DNA of 64,000 nt from Camelus dromedarius (Eukaryota). Positions 11,741 to 23,870 of this stretch are shown one piece after another (position 1 is the stretch's first letter; every line of letters starts with the position of its first letter). The stretch spans positions 116,624,001 to 116,688,000 of the forward strand of contig NC_087437.1 in NCBI RefSeq assembly GCF_036321535.1, written 5' to 3'. Under the pieces are notes generated by a model. That model ran no database searches. It had not been told where the DNA came from and worked only from the letters and a program-made list of their open reading frames with translations. The position numbers and the translations under genes were made by a program.

Positions 11741-13874
11741 CCGCCTCCGGGCTGCAAAGCCACTGAAATACAGCAGGGTGACTGGCAGGGCGGGCTCAGG
11801 AGGGGAGCTTCCTGGTTCGAGTTCCAGTCCTATCCCTCCTGAGCAATGTGACCCGGGGAAAGGCACTAACATCCCACCAGGCCTCCTTCTGTGAGGCGGG
11901 CTCCCAGTGAAGGTGTCCACTGCACTGAGCTGCCGGAAGAGCAGGGCTGGGAATCGCGGAAGGAGCCGAGGACCCGCAAGGGTCTCCCCGTTGTTGTCAC
12001 TAACCTCCCCAGCTGGGCCGGGGCCCCGGCCCTGGGAGGCTTTGGGGCACCAGCTTCCTCAGAGAGCCTCCCACGTGGCGGCTCTCTTGGTAAAGAGGGT
12101 GGGAAGACTACAAATTAAAGGTCAGTTAACATCAAGTTCTCTTCCGCTCCTGGTCTTCCTGCCCTGCCTAGAATATTTCTCATGCTCTGAGCGGTTGGAA
12201 ACTTCCAATTGGATTCTTTTTGGCAAGTACTGATAAGCCCCAGTATGAGCTCTGGGCAGTCAGTCCTAGAACCTCGCTGAGTCTGACGAAGTGCCTTTTA
12301 TGTCACTGAGTCACTTAGAATCTAGTTACGGAGACAAGAAACCTGTTGAGGGAGGGTTAGAACTGCTTGAGGGGAAGGAGAGGGAAACACTCTCGAGAAA
12401 TGGATGGAGAAGGATGCAGCAAACTGCAAAGCCGGATGCTGTGTGGTGGGGGGCGGGAGACGAAAAGGAACATCTCTCTGGGAGTTAAGCCCTCGCTGCG
12501 CTCTGGCAGTTAGGCTCCAGCTCGTTCCAGTGGTTTGCCAGGCTGAAGCATGGCGTGATGTTGGCAAGTTCAGCCCACTGGGAAGCACAGCCGTCCGGTG
12601 GCGAAGGAGCATTGCTCTCCCCGCCCCAACTCAGGCAAACACATGTGGGAAGACAACTTATGATTGAAAGGCAGCTTGGCCAGCTTGAAATCACAGCTGC
12701 TGGAGTGAGTCAGGGGAACCTAATAGCTGTGGTCATCAGACGAGGAATCTGATGCCCTTTTCTCCCCGGAGGGGCTTCCCTGTGGCCCAGACCCCACACT
12801 TAACACTGTGGGCTGGGCGCCGTCTCCCTGGGAGGCGCTGCCAGTGTATCGTCAATCTGTGGACCTGATGTCACACTTTCCCAAGGGTGGTAGATTTCAG
12901 GATACAAGTGAATGGTAAAAGCAATCTCATTGTAAACATTTTTAACTAAATAGCCAAAAATAATTAGAGCGCTCGCCCACATCGGGGCTGTAAAGAGGTC
13001 AGGCTTGGGAGGAGGAAGATTTGAGAGAAGGATTTCCCTGGGGAAATTACAAGACATCCCTGTGGGGGTGGTACGTGGAAGTGTGCCTCCTTCTTCAGTT
13101 CACACTGGGAGACCTGTTTCTGTAGGATGAGTTGGAGACCGTGCTCCTTGCGTCCTGGATTCCAGGAGGCACGGTGGACTGATGTTTGACATCTGTGTGA
13201 AGATCCACCGGTGAGGAGCTGGGGGTTTGCAGCAGCAGCAGGGCAGGGAGAGGGGGACGAGATACAGGGGCCACGAGTTCACTCCCACCGATGGGCGCAC
13301 GGACCTCATAGCTGTTTCCCATGGACCAGAAGTGAGCCATGATGGAGAGACAGCAGGACTTAAAGTCTGCTCAGGGAAACCTCCCGGAAGAGCACTGGGG
13401 CCACAACAAAGAGATTCTGGGAGAGTGGACCTCCGACAACCAGGGGCGGGGCTGAGCAGCCGCAGGGGAACCTACTTCACCTGCCTCATGGAAGGGCTGG
13501 TGGATGCTCGAGGCGGGGCCTCAGAGATCCCTCGAGAAAAAGTCGGCTACAAAGCCGAGTCCTGCTCCTCCAAAGGCTTGGGTTCACTGGGACACCAGAG
13601 CTGTGGGGCAGAGCCAGCGCTTGGGAGAGACGGCGGTCACTGCTCAGGCACCATAAATATCTACAGAGACAGGAAAATGTGGAAAGAATCCAGAATTCAA
13701 TCAGGCAGCACAGAACTGAAAGAAGGAAATCAGCTGGAACTTTAATGGGCTGCCTTGTCTGCACAAATCAGATGGAACCGTCAGGTAATGGAATGACTTC
13801 AGCCCAAGGAGCGTCTGTCCAGTGTAGACCTGGAGTGTCGCCTACTACAAAATGCTCAGTTGGTCCCCGTCTGG

Positions 13875-14100
13875 TGTTGCAAATAGGATCTTGTCTGCTC
13901 AGAGAGACAGAAGCTCTAGGAAGTGGTAGATTCAACAAGGGATTTATGACAAGGGTTTGACCGTGTGCAGTTGTGGGAGCTGGTGAAGCAGTCTCCCGAA
14001 GGCTGTTGTCTCTGTGTCTGTGCTGGGGCTCCAGGCCTGCAGAGCAGGCGGCCAGGCTGGGAGAGTTAGAGACGGTCCCCTAAGTCACGGCTGTACCAAA
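13875..14100 (-). mobile_element. Ancient ERVL-type LTR fragment (subfamily uncertain)
   Basis: gggatttatgacaagggtttgaccgtgtgcagttgtgggagctggtgaagcagtct...ggctgttgtctctg. Confidence 0.55.
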
Positions 14101-14347
14101 CTAAGGAAGGAAAGCAGCGATGCCGTCGGCTAATTGTGCCGCCGGGAACAGGCACAGTGAGCCCCGTGGTTGGGGTGCCTGATGTGGGCTTCATGGGTCC
14201 CCACAAGGCTCCTGGCCCCCACAGCCTTCCTGGAGGTACCGTTTGATGGGAAAAAATTGGATTCTCATAAAATCTATGCGGGAACAAGTCAGAGGGAAAG
14301 AGGGCCATGTCAGAAGGTGAGAAGGGCCTCCCATAGACTGCAGAGCT

Positions 14348-14492
14348 GGGGAGACATGGAAATGTCAGCTATCCTGACTGCAGGGCTGGTTTCATGGGTG
14401 TGGACATCTATCAAAATCCACCAAAGTGCACATCTGAAATACGTGCAGTTTACTGTGCAGGAACCACACCGCCATAAAGGTATTTAAAAAAA
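14348..14492 (+). mobile_element. L1MC/MD-like 3' tail fragment
   Basis: atggaaatgtcagctatcctgactg...tcaaaatccaccaaagtgcacatctgaaatacgtgcagtttactgt..ataaagg then A-run. Confidence 0.7.
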
Positions 14493-14499
14493 TAACCTT

Positions 14500-14670
14500 T
14501 TACACTCCTCTCCTGCTTCATTGGAGCCTCAAGTCACCCCACAGGGCAAAATAATCAGGCTTTAATGTCCTCCATTTATAGATGAAGAGACACAAGTGCA
14601 CAGATCTCACTGAGGCCACACCACTGAGGGAGGGAATACACAGCTGCTTACCTGGGTCTCGGGGTCCTGA
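14500..14670 (-). mobile_element. MIR fragment
   Basis: tccatttatagatgaagagacacaagtgcacagatctcactgaggccacacc. Confidence 0.6.
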
Positions 14671-15077
14671 CTCCGTGGGGCATCATTTCACCCCAAACCT
14701 CGCAGGGCCCTGTTCATCAAACTGGATGTAACAGCACCAGAAAATGGCAGGCCTGGGGGAGATGCTTCTCTCCCCCAGAGTCCCTGACACCCCTGCATCT
14801 CTTACTCTGAACCTCACTTCACACACACACGCTCCCGGACCCCTGTGTCTGCCAGCACTATTGGTTACTGAGTGGTTGGGGATCCCAAGGAAGGATGAGA
14901 CTAAGTTGCTCAGGAACAGGACCGGGCCCTCAGCATCCCAGGCAGAAATCGAGTAGACCAAGGCCTGTTCAAAAAGTGTGTGTGGGGGGTCACCTGCCTC
15001 TACCTTCAACTCATAGACTGCAAATCATACAGAGACAAGGGGTCTTTGATACAGAAGGGATCACCGACTTGACCTCT

Positions 15078-15245
15078 GCCATTCTCAAAACAGTCACTTA
15101 GGGAGATAGTTCAAAATGCAGATGCCAAGAGCCCTGCTCAGAGTACCTGATCCAGCGGGTCTGGGGTTGGCTTCAGACTTTGCCTTTTCAACAAAGAGCC
15201 TATGAGAGTCTGGGGGGTATCAGGCAGTGGGTTGGGGAAGCCTCA
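15078..15245. mobile_element. MER5-type hAT-Charlie MITE
   Basis: tcacttagggagatagttcaaaatgcagatgcc..ctgatccagcgggtctggggttgg..ttttcaacaa. Confidence 0.65.
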
Positions 15246-16723
15246 TTATTCCTGTCATAGGAACGAGGACGGGGAACATCGCTGGTGTGAAGGGCTGGTC
15301 CCAAGTCCCCTAGCTTTGGGCCGCATAGAGGATCCCCGTTCCCTGGCCCCACCCCTCCCCTGTTTCCTCCCTCCTGGTGAAAACCGCACCACAGTTCCCT
15401 GTGCCCGAGACAAGCGGCGTGGATGAATGGACGAACTTCTGCGAGACCACGTCCAGGCATGCGGCTGTATAGAAGTAGGTACCAGAACACATGTTTCAGG
15501 ACAAAGGTGGGCAGCAGAAAGCCTGTATCTCACTGTGTTCATGTTGAAATGTTTACTCTTCACGAAGTTTCTAGAAGGAACAGACAAATGACAAGAGTTA
15601 AGAGTTGGCATTTATGTTCCTCCACACTCTTTCCGTCGGCTGCCCTGTGCAGGCTCGCACAGGGAGAGCAACTGTAAACACACGTGACCCTCCACGGTCG
15701 GGACATGTGATTCTGTGTGGCTTAATTGATTCCATCTTTGAGTTTTCAATCCAGCCAAAAGACAAACACACATTTTAGCTTTCAGTTCTCCTGCCCCCAG
15801 AAGGAGATGTGTCTTTATTTTAATTCAGAGAGCACAACGCAGCCCACATCTTTCTCTCCTCAGACGGTAGGAAGGGATATTTCCCTGACGCGTCCCTTCG
15901 ATTTAGACCAATTTGACTGATTAACTGAAGAACTCCTCCCAAAGCGGACAAAAGACGTCTGGAGGCTGCGATGGGGTCTCCCTGCTTCTGCGGTGAGATG
16001 ACATCCTGTGCAGAACACGTTTATCAGCTGCCGGGGGCTCCCAGACGGCTGCCTGCCAAACCCAGCAATTACACTCTGCAGTTTCCCCGATTAAAAAGTG
16101 TTTAAACATCTGCTACTTAAAGGATACTTAAAAGGTAATAAATTAAAAACAGAGAGAAAACGAACTTAGAGTGAGCGGAGAATGAAAAGCCCTCTGTATA
16201 AATAGAGAAGCCATATTTTTTCATTTCTGAAGGGATCCCCTGACAGCTGAAAAATAAGCACTAACTCAGGTGTCCAGAGTGTAAAATAAATCTGAGTAGG
16301 CTTCATGAAAATCAGGCAGTGGTCCGTGAAGAAACGTAATAGCCTCGCCCTCTTACTTCTAGTCGCTCTGAGTTTGCTTTGCACTGACTTTTGCTGAGAA
16401 AGAGGGGCCGCCAGGCTAGTTGGGGCAAGAGCGGGGTCCAGGGGCCCAGGCCCAGCAGGGCTGCGCTGCGCAGGGGGTGGGCGGGGCACCGTGAGCTTGA
16501 CACACAGAAGGTGTGTTGTGCCTGGTTACTTTCAGGAGGAATTTGCCAGCTTTCTGTCCTGTAGATAACTGTTTTAAAGAACCCTATCAACTGTTGCTCA
16601 TATTAGCGATGACACCATCATCGTGGCATTTATTTTCATCTCTTAAAAATTAGATAACATTATATTGTCCCTTGCAGTCTAATGGTCCCTTTCCTACACA
16701 CGACATTATTTAAGAATATTCTA

Positions 16724-17395
16724 TGGTGCAACCATTATGGGAAATAGTAAGGAGATTCTTCAAAAAACTAAAAATAGACTTACCATATATGCTCCCACTC
16801 CTGAGCATATATCCAGAGGGAACTCTAATTTGAAAAGTTACATGTACCTCAGTGTTCATAGCAGCACTATTTACAATAGCCAGGACAAAGAAAAAGAAAC
16901 TGTGGTATATTTATACAATGAAACACTACTTAGCAATAAAAAAGAATAAAATAATGCCGTTTGCAGCAACATGGATGGACCTGGAGATAGTCATTCTAAG
17001 TAAAGTCAGCCAGGAAGAGAAAGAAAAATACCATATGAGATCACTTATATGTGGAATCCTTAAAAAAAAAAAAAAAAGACACAAATGAACTTATTTACAA
17101 CAACAGAAACAGATTCTCAGATGTAGAAAAGAAACTTATGGTTATCAGGGGGAAAGGAGGTGGAAAGGGATAAATTGAGATTTTGAGATTTGCAGATACT
17201 AACTACTACATATAAAATAGATAAACAAGTTTTTTTCTGTATAGCACAGGGAATTATATTCAATATCTTGTAATAATCTATAATGAAAAAGAATATGAAA
17301 ATGAATATATGTATGTGTATGTATGACTGAAGCATTACACTGTACACCAGAAATTGGTACAACATTGCAAACTGACTACACTTCAATTAAAAAAA
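16724..17395 (+). mobile_element. Camelid-type L1, 5'-truncated, with TSD
   Basis: [27 protein letters not shown]2 remnant; perfect 12-bp TSD aagaatattcta at 16712-16723 and 17396-17407. Confidence 0.95.
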
Positions 17396-17929
17396 AAGAA
17401 TATTCTAACCCACAATATTTTCACCTATCTGTAAAGGAAAAATTAATTTCCTAAAATTAAAAGTTTGGCAGTGATACCCCATGTACATAGAGAGAATGGA
17501 AATTGGTGCAAATGTGGCTCCTTGAATTAATTCTGCCCATTATGTATAGAAACACAATTCTACGGGTCTTCTGATCACACGCAATTACAGTTCCCATGCT
17601 TTTCCAAATTCCCTGATGGAGACCTAAATAATTTAATGTATTTGTAGTTGATTCTCTTTTAACCATGACTGATTTGGCACTTCGCTCAAAAATAGACTCT
17701 CTGTTTTGCATATTGGTGACATTACAGATGTGGGTGGAGGGGTTTGTATAAACAAGCTTTCGGAGTGTGTATGACCTCTGTGGCTTGTAGTTGCCTCCCT
17801 CACCCTTTCCCTGTTTGGACATAAAACCAGCTTCTCTCCTTGGTCTCTTTTGCAATTACAGGGAACTTAGCTGTGGCTCTTAGTGGGTGTATGTTTCACC
17901 CGTGTAGGAGAGAAATCCTGGTGTCAAAA

Positions 17930-18120
17930 CAGGAGCTCAGGGCTTACAATCAGCCAGCTGATCAGGGTCTGGCCCTGGCTCTGCCTCTCACGGGCAGAAT
18001 GACCTTCAGGAAGACACTGGTTCCTTTCTTTCTCTTCCTTAACAGTAAAATGGGGGATGATGACATCCTTACATAACTCCCAGAAACCATCGTCAAGTTC
18101 AAGTGAGTATATGAATGGGT
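17930..18120 (+). mobile_element. MIR
   Basis: ccctggctctgcctctcac..atgaccttcaggaagacact..cttccttaacagtaaaatggggg. Confidence 0.6.
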
Positions 18121-18789
18121 AGAATTGTACGCAGAGTTTTTGAATATGTGATTCTGTTTAGTAAATTCAGTATCTCGGTAACAAATTTAAAAATATTTGA
18201 AAAGAAGGACCTGTGATCAAAGACCTGTGAGGATGCTTCACTGTTATCTTTGCAGAAGCAGTAGCTTCCAATGGTAGAGGCTTGAGTGGTATGATTCTTT
18301 TGAATGACTTCTGTTGTCTGTTCCTAATTTCCAAATGAATACATGTTCTTTCTAAAAAATTTGAAAACAAATCAAAATATCACTCAAAACAAGAGATAAC
18401 AATTCTTAACACTTTTGATTATTACCTAACAACTTACATCTATGAAGGCACTTTTTTTTCTTTCTTACAAAATCTGGATCATACTGCTTGTGAATCTGTG
18501 TCCCTGTCACTACTTCCTTTGGATAGGTTCTCAAGAGTGAAGTTACTTGGTTGAAGGGTAGACAAATCTTTGGAGGCTCTTCATAAATTCATCCACATTT
18601 TTTGAGGTCATCTGTGCCTGTTTATAATGCCACCAGTAGGGAATGAGAACAATTATTTCACAGCAGCCTCCCCAGCACTCAGTGTGATCATCATTTCAAA
18701 TTCCTTGCCAGATTTCATTTACTTGATTATTATTGAAGCTGGATTTTTTTTCATATCCTATTCACCATTTATGTTTCTTATTTTTCACA

Positions 18790-19225
18790 TTGCATTAGTC
18801 ATGAATGCTCTAAGCTGCAAGTAAGAGAAAAATCTGACTTACAAAGATGGAAACAGGTAAGAGTTTTTCAGAAGTCTGCAGAAATTGGTCCTAAATGTTG
18901 GTTCAGTAGCTCAATAGCGTCAATGACAGTGTTTCTGCTAATCTCATGGCCTCGCACTCATGCTAACAAGATAGCTGCCCCAGACCCAGCATCACATCTT
19001 TATCCATGGCAGAAAAAAAGGAAACAAAACAAGATAGCCATATCTGTTCTTTTGAAGAACACTCCCCATGAGATTTCTGCTTATGTCCCATTGGCCAAAA
19101 CTGTGACACATGGCCACCTTAGCCACAGAAGAGGCTGGAAATGCTTAGTTTTTCCAACTTTATACTGGATGTGGGCAAAAGTGAAGGGGGTTCAAAAATG
19201 ATTGTTGGGTGAGCCAGCAGTCATG
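18790..19225 (-). mobile_element. Old MaLR LTR (MLT1J/K/L-like)
   Basis: tgcattagtc..gctgcaagtaagagaaa; caagatagctgccccag; cattggccaaaactgtgacacatggccaccttagc. Confidence 0.75.
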
Positions 19226-22050
19226 GTCTTGTCTTTTGTACATCTTCACTATAAGATTTTTTCTAATGAGATGTAAAATGCCAGCCAGTCTTTCCAGTAG
19301 TCCTTAGAAGCACTAACTACCATTGAATAAATAAAGCTGCTGATAATCACCTTACCCTATGCTGTGCAGCTTAACCAGGGGAGAGGCAGCTGGATCACAA
19401 ACCAATGCCTGCATTTTCAAAGCAACCTCCACATGACTCTTTGCCTCATTGGAAACCACGCTTCCTTTTTCAATCCATGACGTCTATGTCTATGAAGAAA
19501 CACTCACCATGCTCCTTCAACAAAACTTGCTTCTTATAAGATGGTTGCTGCTCTCCCAGTTTTCACACCCAACATCCAACGGGAAAAAGAAAAAGGGTAA
19601 CCAGGTGAAAGGCAAAAAAAAAAAAAAAAAAAAGATTCCCTTTGACTCTGAGGGGCTGCCGGTCCCGAGACTAGCAGGTACCCCTCCATGCCCGCAGCCT
19701 TGCCCGAATACCGAGTGGGCTGCTGGCATTCTCTGCTGCAGACAGACATACATCTAGCCCACCCCAAAGCCTCTTTGTCGATACTTTGAATTTTTAGTCT
19801 CTGCTTTTGAATTATTTTATTGCAAGGGGTAAAATGAATACAAACTCCTATGTACTATCACCCACTCTACCCAGTTTTCAGCCCTGTTTCCTTATATTTG
19901 GCTCTTTTATTTTCAGCCCCTGAGAACGCCCCTCTTCTCTCTCACAATCAAGCCTGCAGAGGTGCCAACACAGCCCCAAGAGCCTGTGGGTGCATGACTG
20001 GGTCCTCAGCAGCTTGTCAGTGGAGAGGCATGAAATAACCCTCTCCCATGTCTGCTCCCCCTTCTCTTACCAGGAGGCACGATTTGTATCTGCAAAGACT
20101 GTCCTCGGCCCTTTCTTCAATGAGCCATACATACCCTGCATTGTCTCTGTGTGTGTGTACATGTGTCCACATCTCATGCTCCTTGAAGAAGTTCCAAAAT
20201 GCAGACACGAGGCCGCCTCCCTTGTCCCAATAATTTTGACTCACCTAACAGGACCACTTTCAATTTCTGAATGGTTCCTCTATTGTCCCATGGAATTCTA
20301 CCAGGTAGTTCATAACTGGTTCCAACTTTCCTCCTTCCCTGAACATTTTAATGGCATACAAAGTGAACGAAATATGCAGAATCTTTAAGTAAACTCAACA
20401 AAGCTTGCTTCTTAAAAGCATCACCCTTTCCAAATATTTTTCCTTCCCCCCCAAGTCCTCTTCAGTATTATGAATTATAGATGTGGCAGAAGAGTAATCA
20501 TTATAAGGTATCTATGTCTCAAGCCCGCCAATGACTTCATTTCTCAGTGGGGGCCAAATTTACAAATGAAAACAGGTGCAGGTTGATGTATGACCATTGG
20601 ACGCAGGTGGGAGTGTCCAGTCCCCTCACACAACGGGTCCTTCCCATCACTTCCCAAGGAGCTACCTTGACGGCATTTGCTGGGTATCCCCTCACTAATC
20701 TGAGGCATTACCTGAGGCAGAACGTGCTGAGAACCTTAACACAGGGAACTTTGCCAATGAATTTGAAAATGCGAGAGCTGAGAAACGGCCCTAAGGATCC
20801 CCTGAACAACTTTTTAATTTTAAAGATTAGAACTCCAAGGCCCAGAGATGTCCAGGTTCCCAGAACTCTCCTTCCAATTTTAATTGTTATGTTACATTAA
20901 ACAATGAGGTTTGTTCCTGCTCTTTCTTCCTATGTTGGGCCAGAACTGACCTAGAAATAAATATTTTAAAAAATAATAACAATCTGGTGCATCTGTGTGT
21001 TCTATGCTCAACCCGCCTAAAGATAATAAAACAGAAAGAAAATAAGATAAAAATAAAATATTCTCCCACTTTGCCGTCTGCCTTTTCCACCACCCGAGGC
21101 CCAATGTCGATGTCTGCACACCTTCCCTCTGCCAGCTCTTAGTGCAGAGCTCTCTCTGCCCCGTGGTGGTGGCTGTCATTTACAAGAGGAATGGGAAAAT
21201 GTTTGTAGAAATTTTGACTTCCAGTCATCACTTGTAAATGTTCCTTGCATATTCACCGAGCCAACCAAAAGCATGTGTACTGACAAGCTCACACTCTCCC
21301 ACACCCCTCCCAGGGGTCCTCAGGGTTGTTTAGAAGAGGCTGCATGGAGAGCTGTTTCAGGCTTTGATTCTGGTTTCTATTTTGACTTTTGTTCTCGAGA
21401 AAGCAGCTCAGGGAAGCAGTTGGCTACACGGCTCACCTAAACTTAAGACAGAGAGACACAATAAGTGACCTAAAGAAGGTAACCAATAGTAGAGATTCCA
21501 GAAGACACTCAAGATGGGAGAGAAGGTGGCAGAGAAATTAAGCCCAAGAAATACTGAGTTGATCCACAGCTGATCTAAACAACACATTTCACAGAGAGGG
21601 ATCACTTTCCTCTCACAACGATGCTTCACGAATTTGCAATGCAGATCATAAATGATGCCAGGAGGGGACTGAACTCTACTTCTTGGTGTTAATTCTTGGA
21701 AAAGAATGTGATCATCCAAGGCTTCCAAAGGAGATGCTCTATCTCCACATGAATATCTAATTTATTGCAGTTTCTGAAGTTGTTAAGACATTTTTGTTGT
21801 TAAAGTCATTTATTACTAATCATCACCACCGTCACTGTCATAATAAAAGCCACATTTCTTGAGTGCCATGTGAAATGGGCCATTGTGCCCATATCACGAA
21901 GCACATTGACTATCTTTAATGTGATCTGTTGAATGACATTTCAATTTGCTTCTACATCGTGTCACCCGTGTGTGCACCCTGTGGCAAAAGTGTATTTGGG
22001 GCAAGGATAAAAGCAAACAAATAAACACAAAGGAACATGAATTACTAATG

Positions 22051-22147
22051 TGGGTAGGGGGGGTGGGGTCATATAGCTCAGTGGTAGAGCACGTGCTTAG
22101 CATGCACGGGGTCCTGGGTTCAATTCCCCAGTACCTCCATTAAATAA
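22051..22147 (+). mobile_element. Short tRNA-Ala(AGC)-derived SINE / tRNA retrocopy
   Basis: tatagctcagtggtagagcacgtgcttagcatgcacggggtcctgggttcaattccccagtacctcca; TSD atgaattactaa at 22037-22048 and 22148-22159. Confidence 0.9.
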
Positions 22148-22491
22148 ATGAATTACTAACAGGAAGATAACTTCCACTATCATCTTAAATGCATCCATGT
22201 TTAATACCAGATTGACCCAAGCTCCAAAAAGCTACAGTCTGGAAGACATCAGACTGTGGTGGACAGGTCTCAGGATCTAGAATTGGGAGAAGAGTGGTCT
22301 CAGAGAGGCTCGGACAATGCAAATGTGCAGCCAACAGCAATTCCTTGCATTTGTTCTGCCCTCAGTTTTGCAATGTGTGAAATGATGGCAATGTGTTCAC
22401 CGGATGTTCCCTGGGATCCACTCCAGCCCACACACCCACATGTGGCAGGACTCAGTGGGGGGAGAGAGGGAGAAGAAGAAAGAAAAGACAA

Positions 22492-22915
22492 TGTCACTGA
22501 TATTTGTTATTGGCCTTCCCAGCCCTCACTGCTGCCTCTTAGAGTAGTAGTTTCCGATTTTTTAATTACAAATCCACCCCTCTTCCACTCTGAGTCCAAG
22601 AAGCCTAGATGAGGCTCAACTCTCAGTCCTAGGAGTGAAGGATGTAACTCAGGCTTAGCCAAGTACAACATTGTCATCTTCCAGCCTTAATGATCAAGTG
22701 AGGGATAGACACATGACCTAAAGCAGTCAAGTTAGAATTAATCTCAGAGCGTCAGCAGAAGTTACTCTTTCCCAGTGGAAAGGAATCTGGAAGGTTGCTG
22801 GCTTAGTTGGAGTTGCTTTAGCCTTTGTGCCACCAGCGGCAAAGACGGCGGGCAAAAGGAAGAGCCAAGAGACACAAAGAAGCTAAGTCCTGGTGACTCG
22901 TCAGTGTCCCTGGGC
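22492..22915 (+). mobile_element. Old MaLR LTR (MLT1K/L-like)
   Basis: gatgtaactcaggcttagccaa..tgatcaagtgagggatagacacatgacctaaagc..agagccaagagacac..gtcctggtgac. Confidence 0.6.
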
Positions 22916-22938
22916 CAGTGTTAATTCTCTCCGAGACA

Positions 22939-23870
22939 GTATTTCAGCTTGGGTTCCTGCACAAGCAGACTATGAGATAAGGCTTCTAGTGCAAATAGTT
23001 CTTTCGGGAAATGATCCCAAGAAAGACCAACAGAGGAGCAGGATGTTGAGACAGAGAGGGGATGGAAGTCAATAAAGGGTGCTGTCTTAGGAAGAATAAT
23101 GGTCCCCAAGGATGTGTGCACCCTGGAATCTGTCAATATATTGACTCACAGGCAAAGGGGAATTAAAGCTGCAGATGGAATTTTGTTACCCAGTTGACCT
23201 TAAAAGAAGGAGAGTACCCTGGATTATTTGGATGGGCCCAGTGTAATCACAAGGGTCTTTAAAAGTAGAAGAGGGAGCAGAAGAGAGAGCCAGAGAGATG
23301 GTAGCATGAGGACTCAGTCCAAGGCTGCCAGCTTGGACATTGGAGGAAGGAGCCACGTGCCAAGGGAGGTGGGAAGCCCCTGAAAGATAGAAAAGACCAG
23401 GAAATGGATTCTCCTTTATTGCCTCCAGATGCACACTGCTGGCACCTTGATCCTTAGCCCATTTCTGACTTTTAACCTCCCAAACTGTAAGATAATGAAG
23501 ATGTGCTGTCTGAATCACCAAGACATGACAACTTGTCACAATCACAATAGGAAGCTAATGCAAGTGTGTGAGGAATCAGCCACCATGTGGGCAACGGGGG
23601 CCCAGGCCCCTCAGGGTTTCTGGAAGATGGTGGACAGCGTGCTTTTAGGTTGCCCAACCAAGGGTGAGGAGCTGGGCCATCCACCACCCATCCACGGCCG
23701 GCTGGGCGAACGCTCCAGCCCTCCTAGTTGTCCTGTGCACCTGAGTGGACTCTGCAGCCATCCAGCAACAAGCCTGCCGGAAGAAAGTCTCAGGTGTTCA
23801 CAGTAAGCAGCCTTCTGTGTCAGGGGTGACATCCAGGGACACCAATAGGCTCTGTGGGAAACAACTTTTG
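22939..23870 (-). mobile_element. ERVL LTR (LTR33/LTR16-like), split by MLT1D
   Basis: gggttcctgcacaagcagactatgagataagg..gtgcaaatagttctttcgggaaatgatccc..aataaagggtg; resumes after 23562. Confidence 0.65.
23083..23562 (+). mobile_element. MLT1D MaLR solo LTR
   Basis: tg..agaataatggtcccc..ctggattatttggatgggcccagtgtaatcacaagggtctttaaaag..aataggaagctaatgca. Confidence 0.88.

Noticed and set aside
13227..13745. 172-aa ORF
   Set aside because: Non-ATG start, low-complexity G/S/R-rich composition, no recognisable domain; expected by chance in GC-rich DNA
22064..22139. tRNA-Ala(AGC) gene (also the copies at 6034-6182 and 8141-8268)
   Set aside because: Acceptor stem is broken (GGTCATA vs TACCTCC), the T-loop has an extra base, there is no oligo-T terminator, and the copy has TSDs and an A-rich tail: a retroposed SINE
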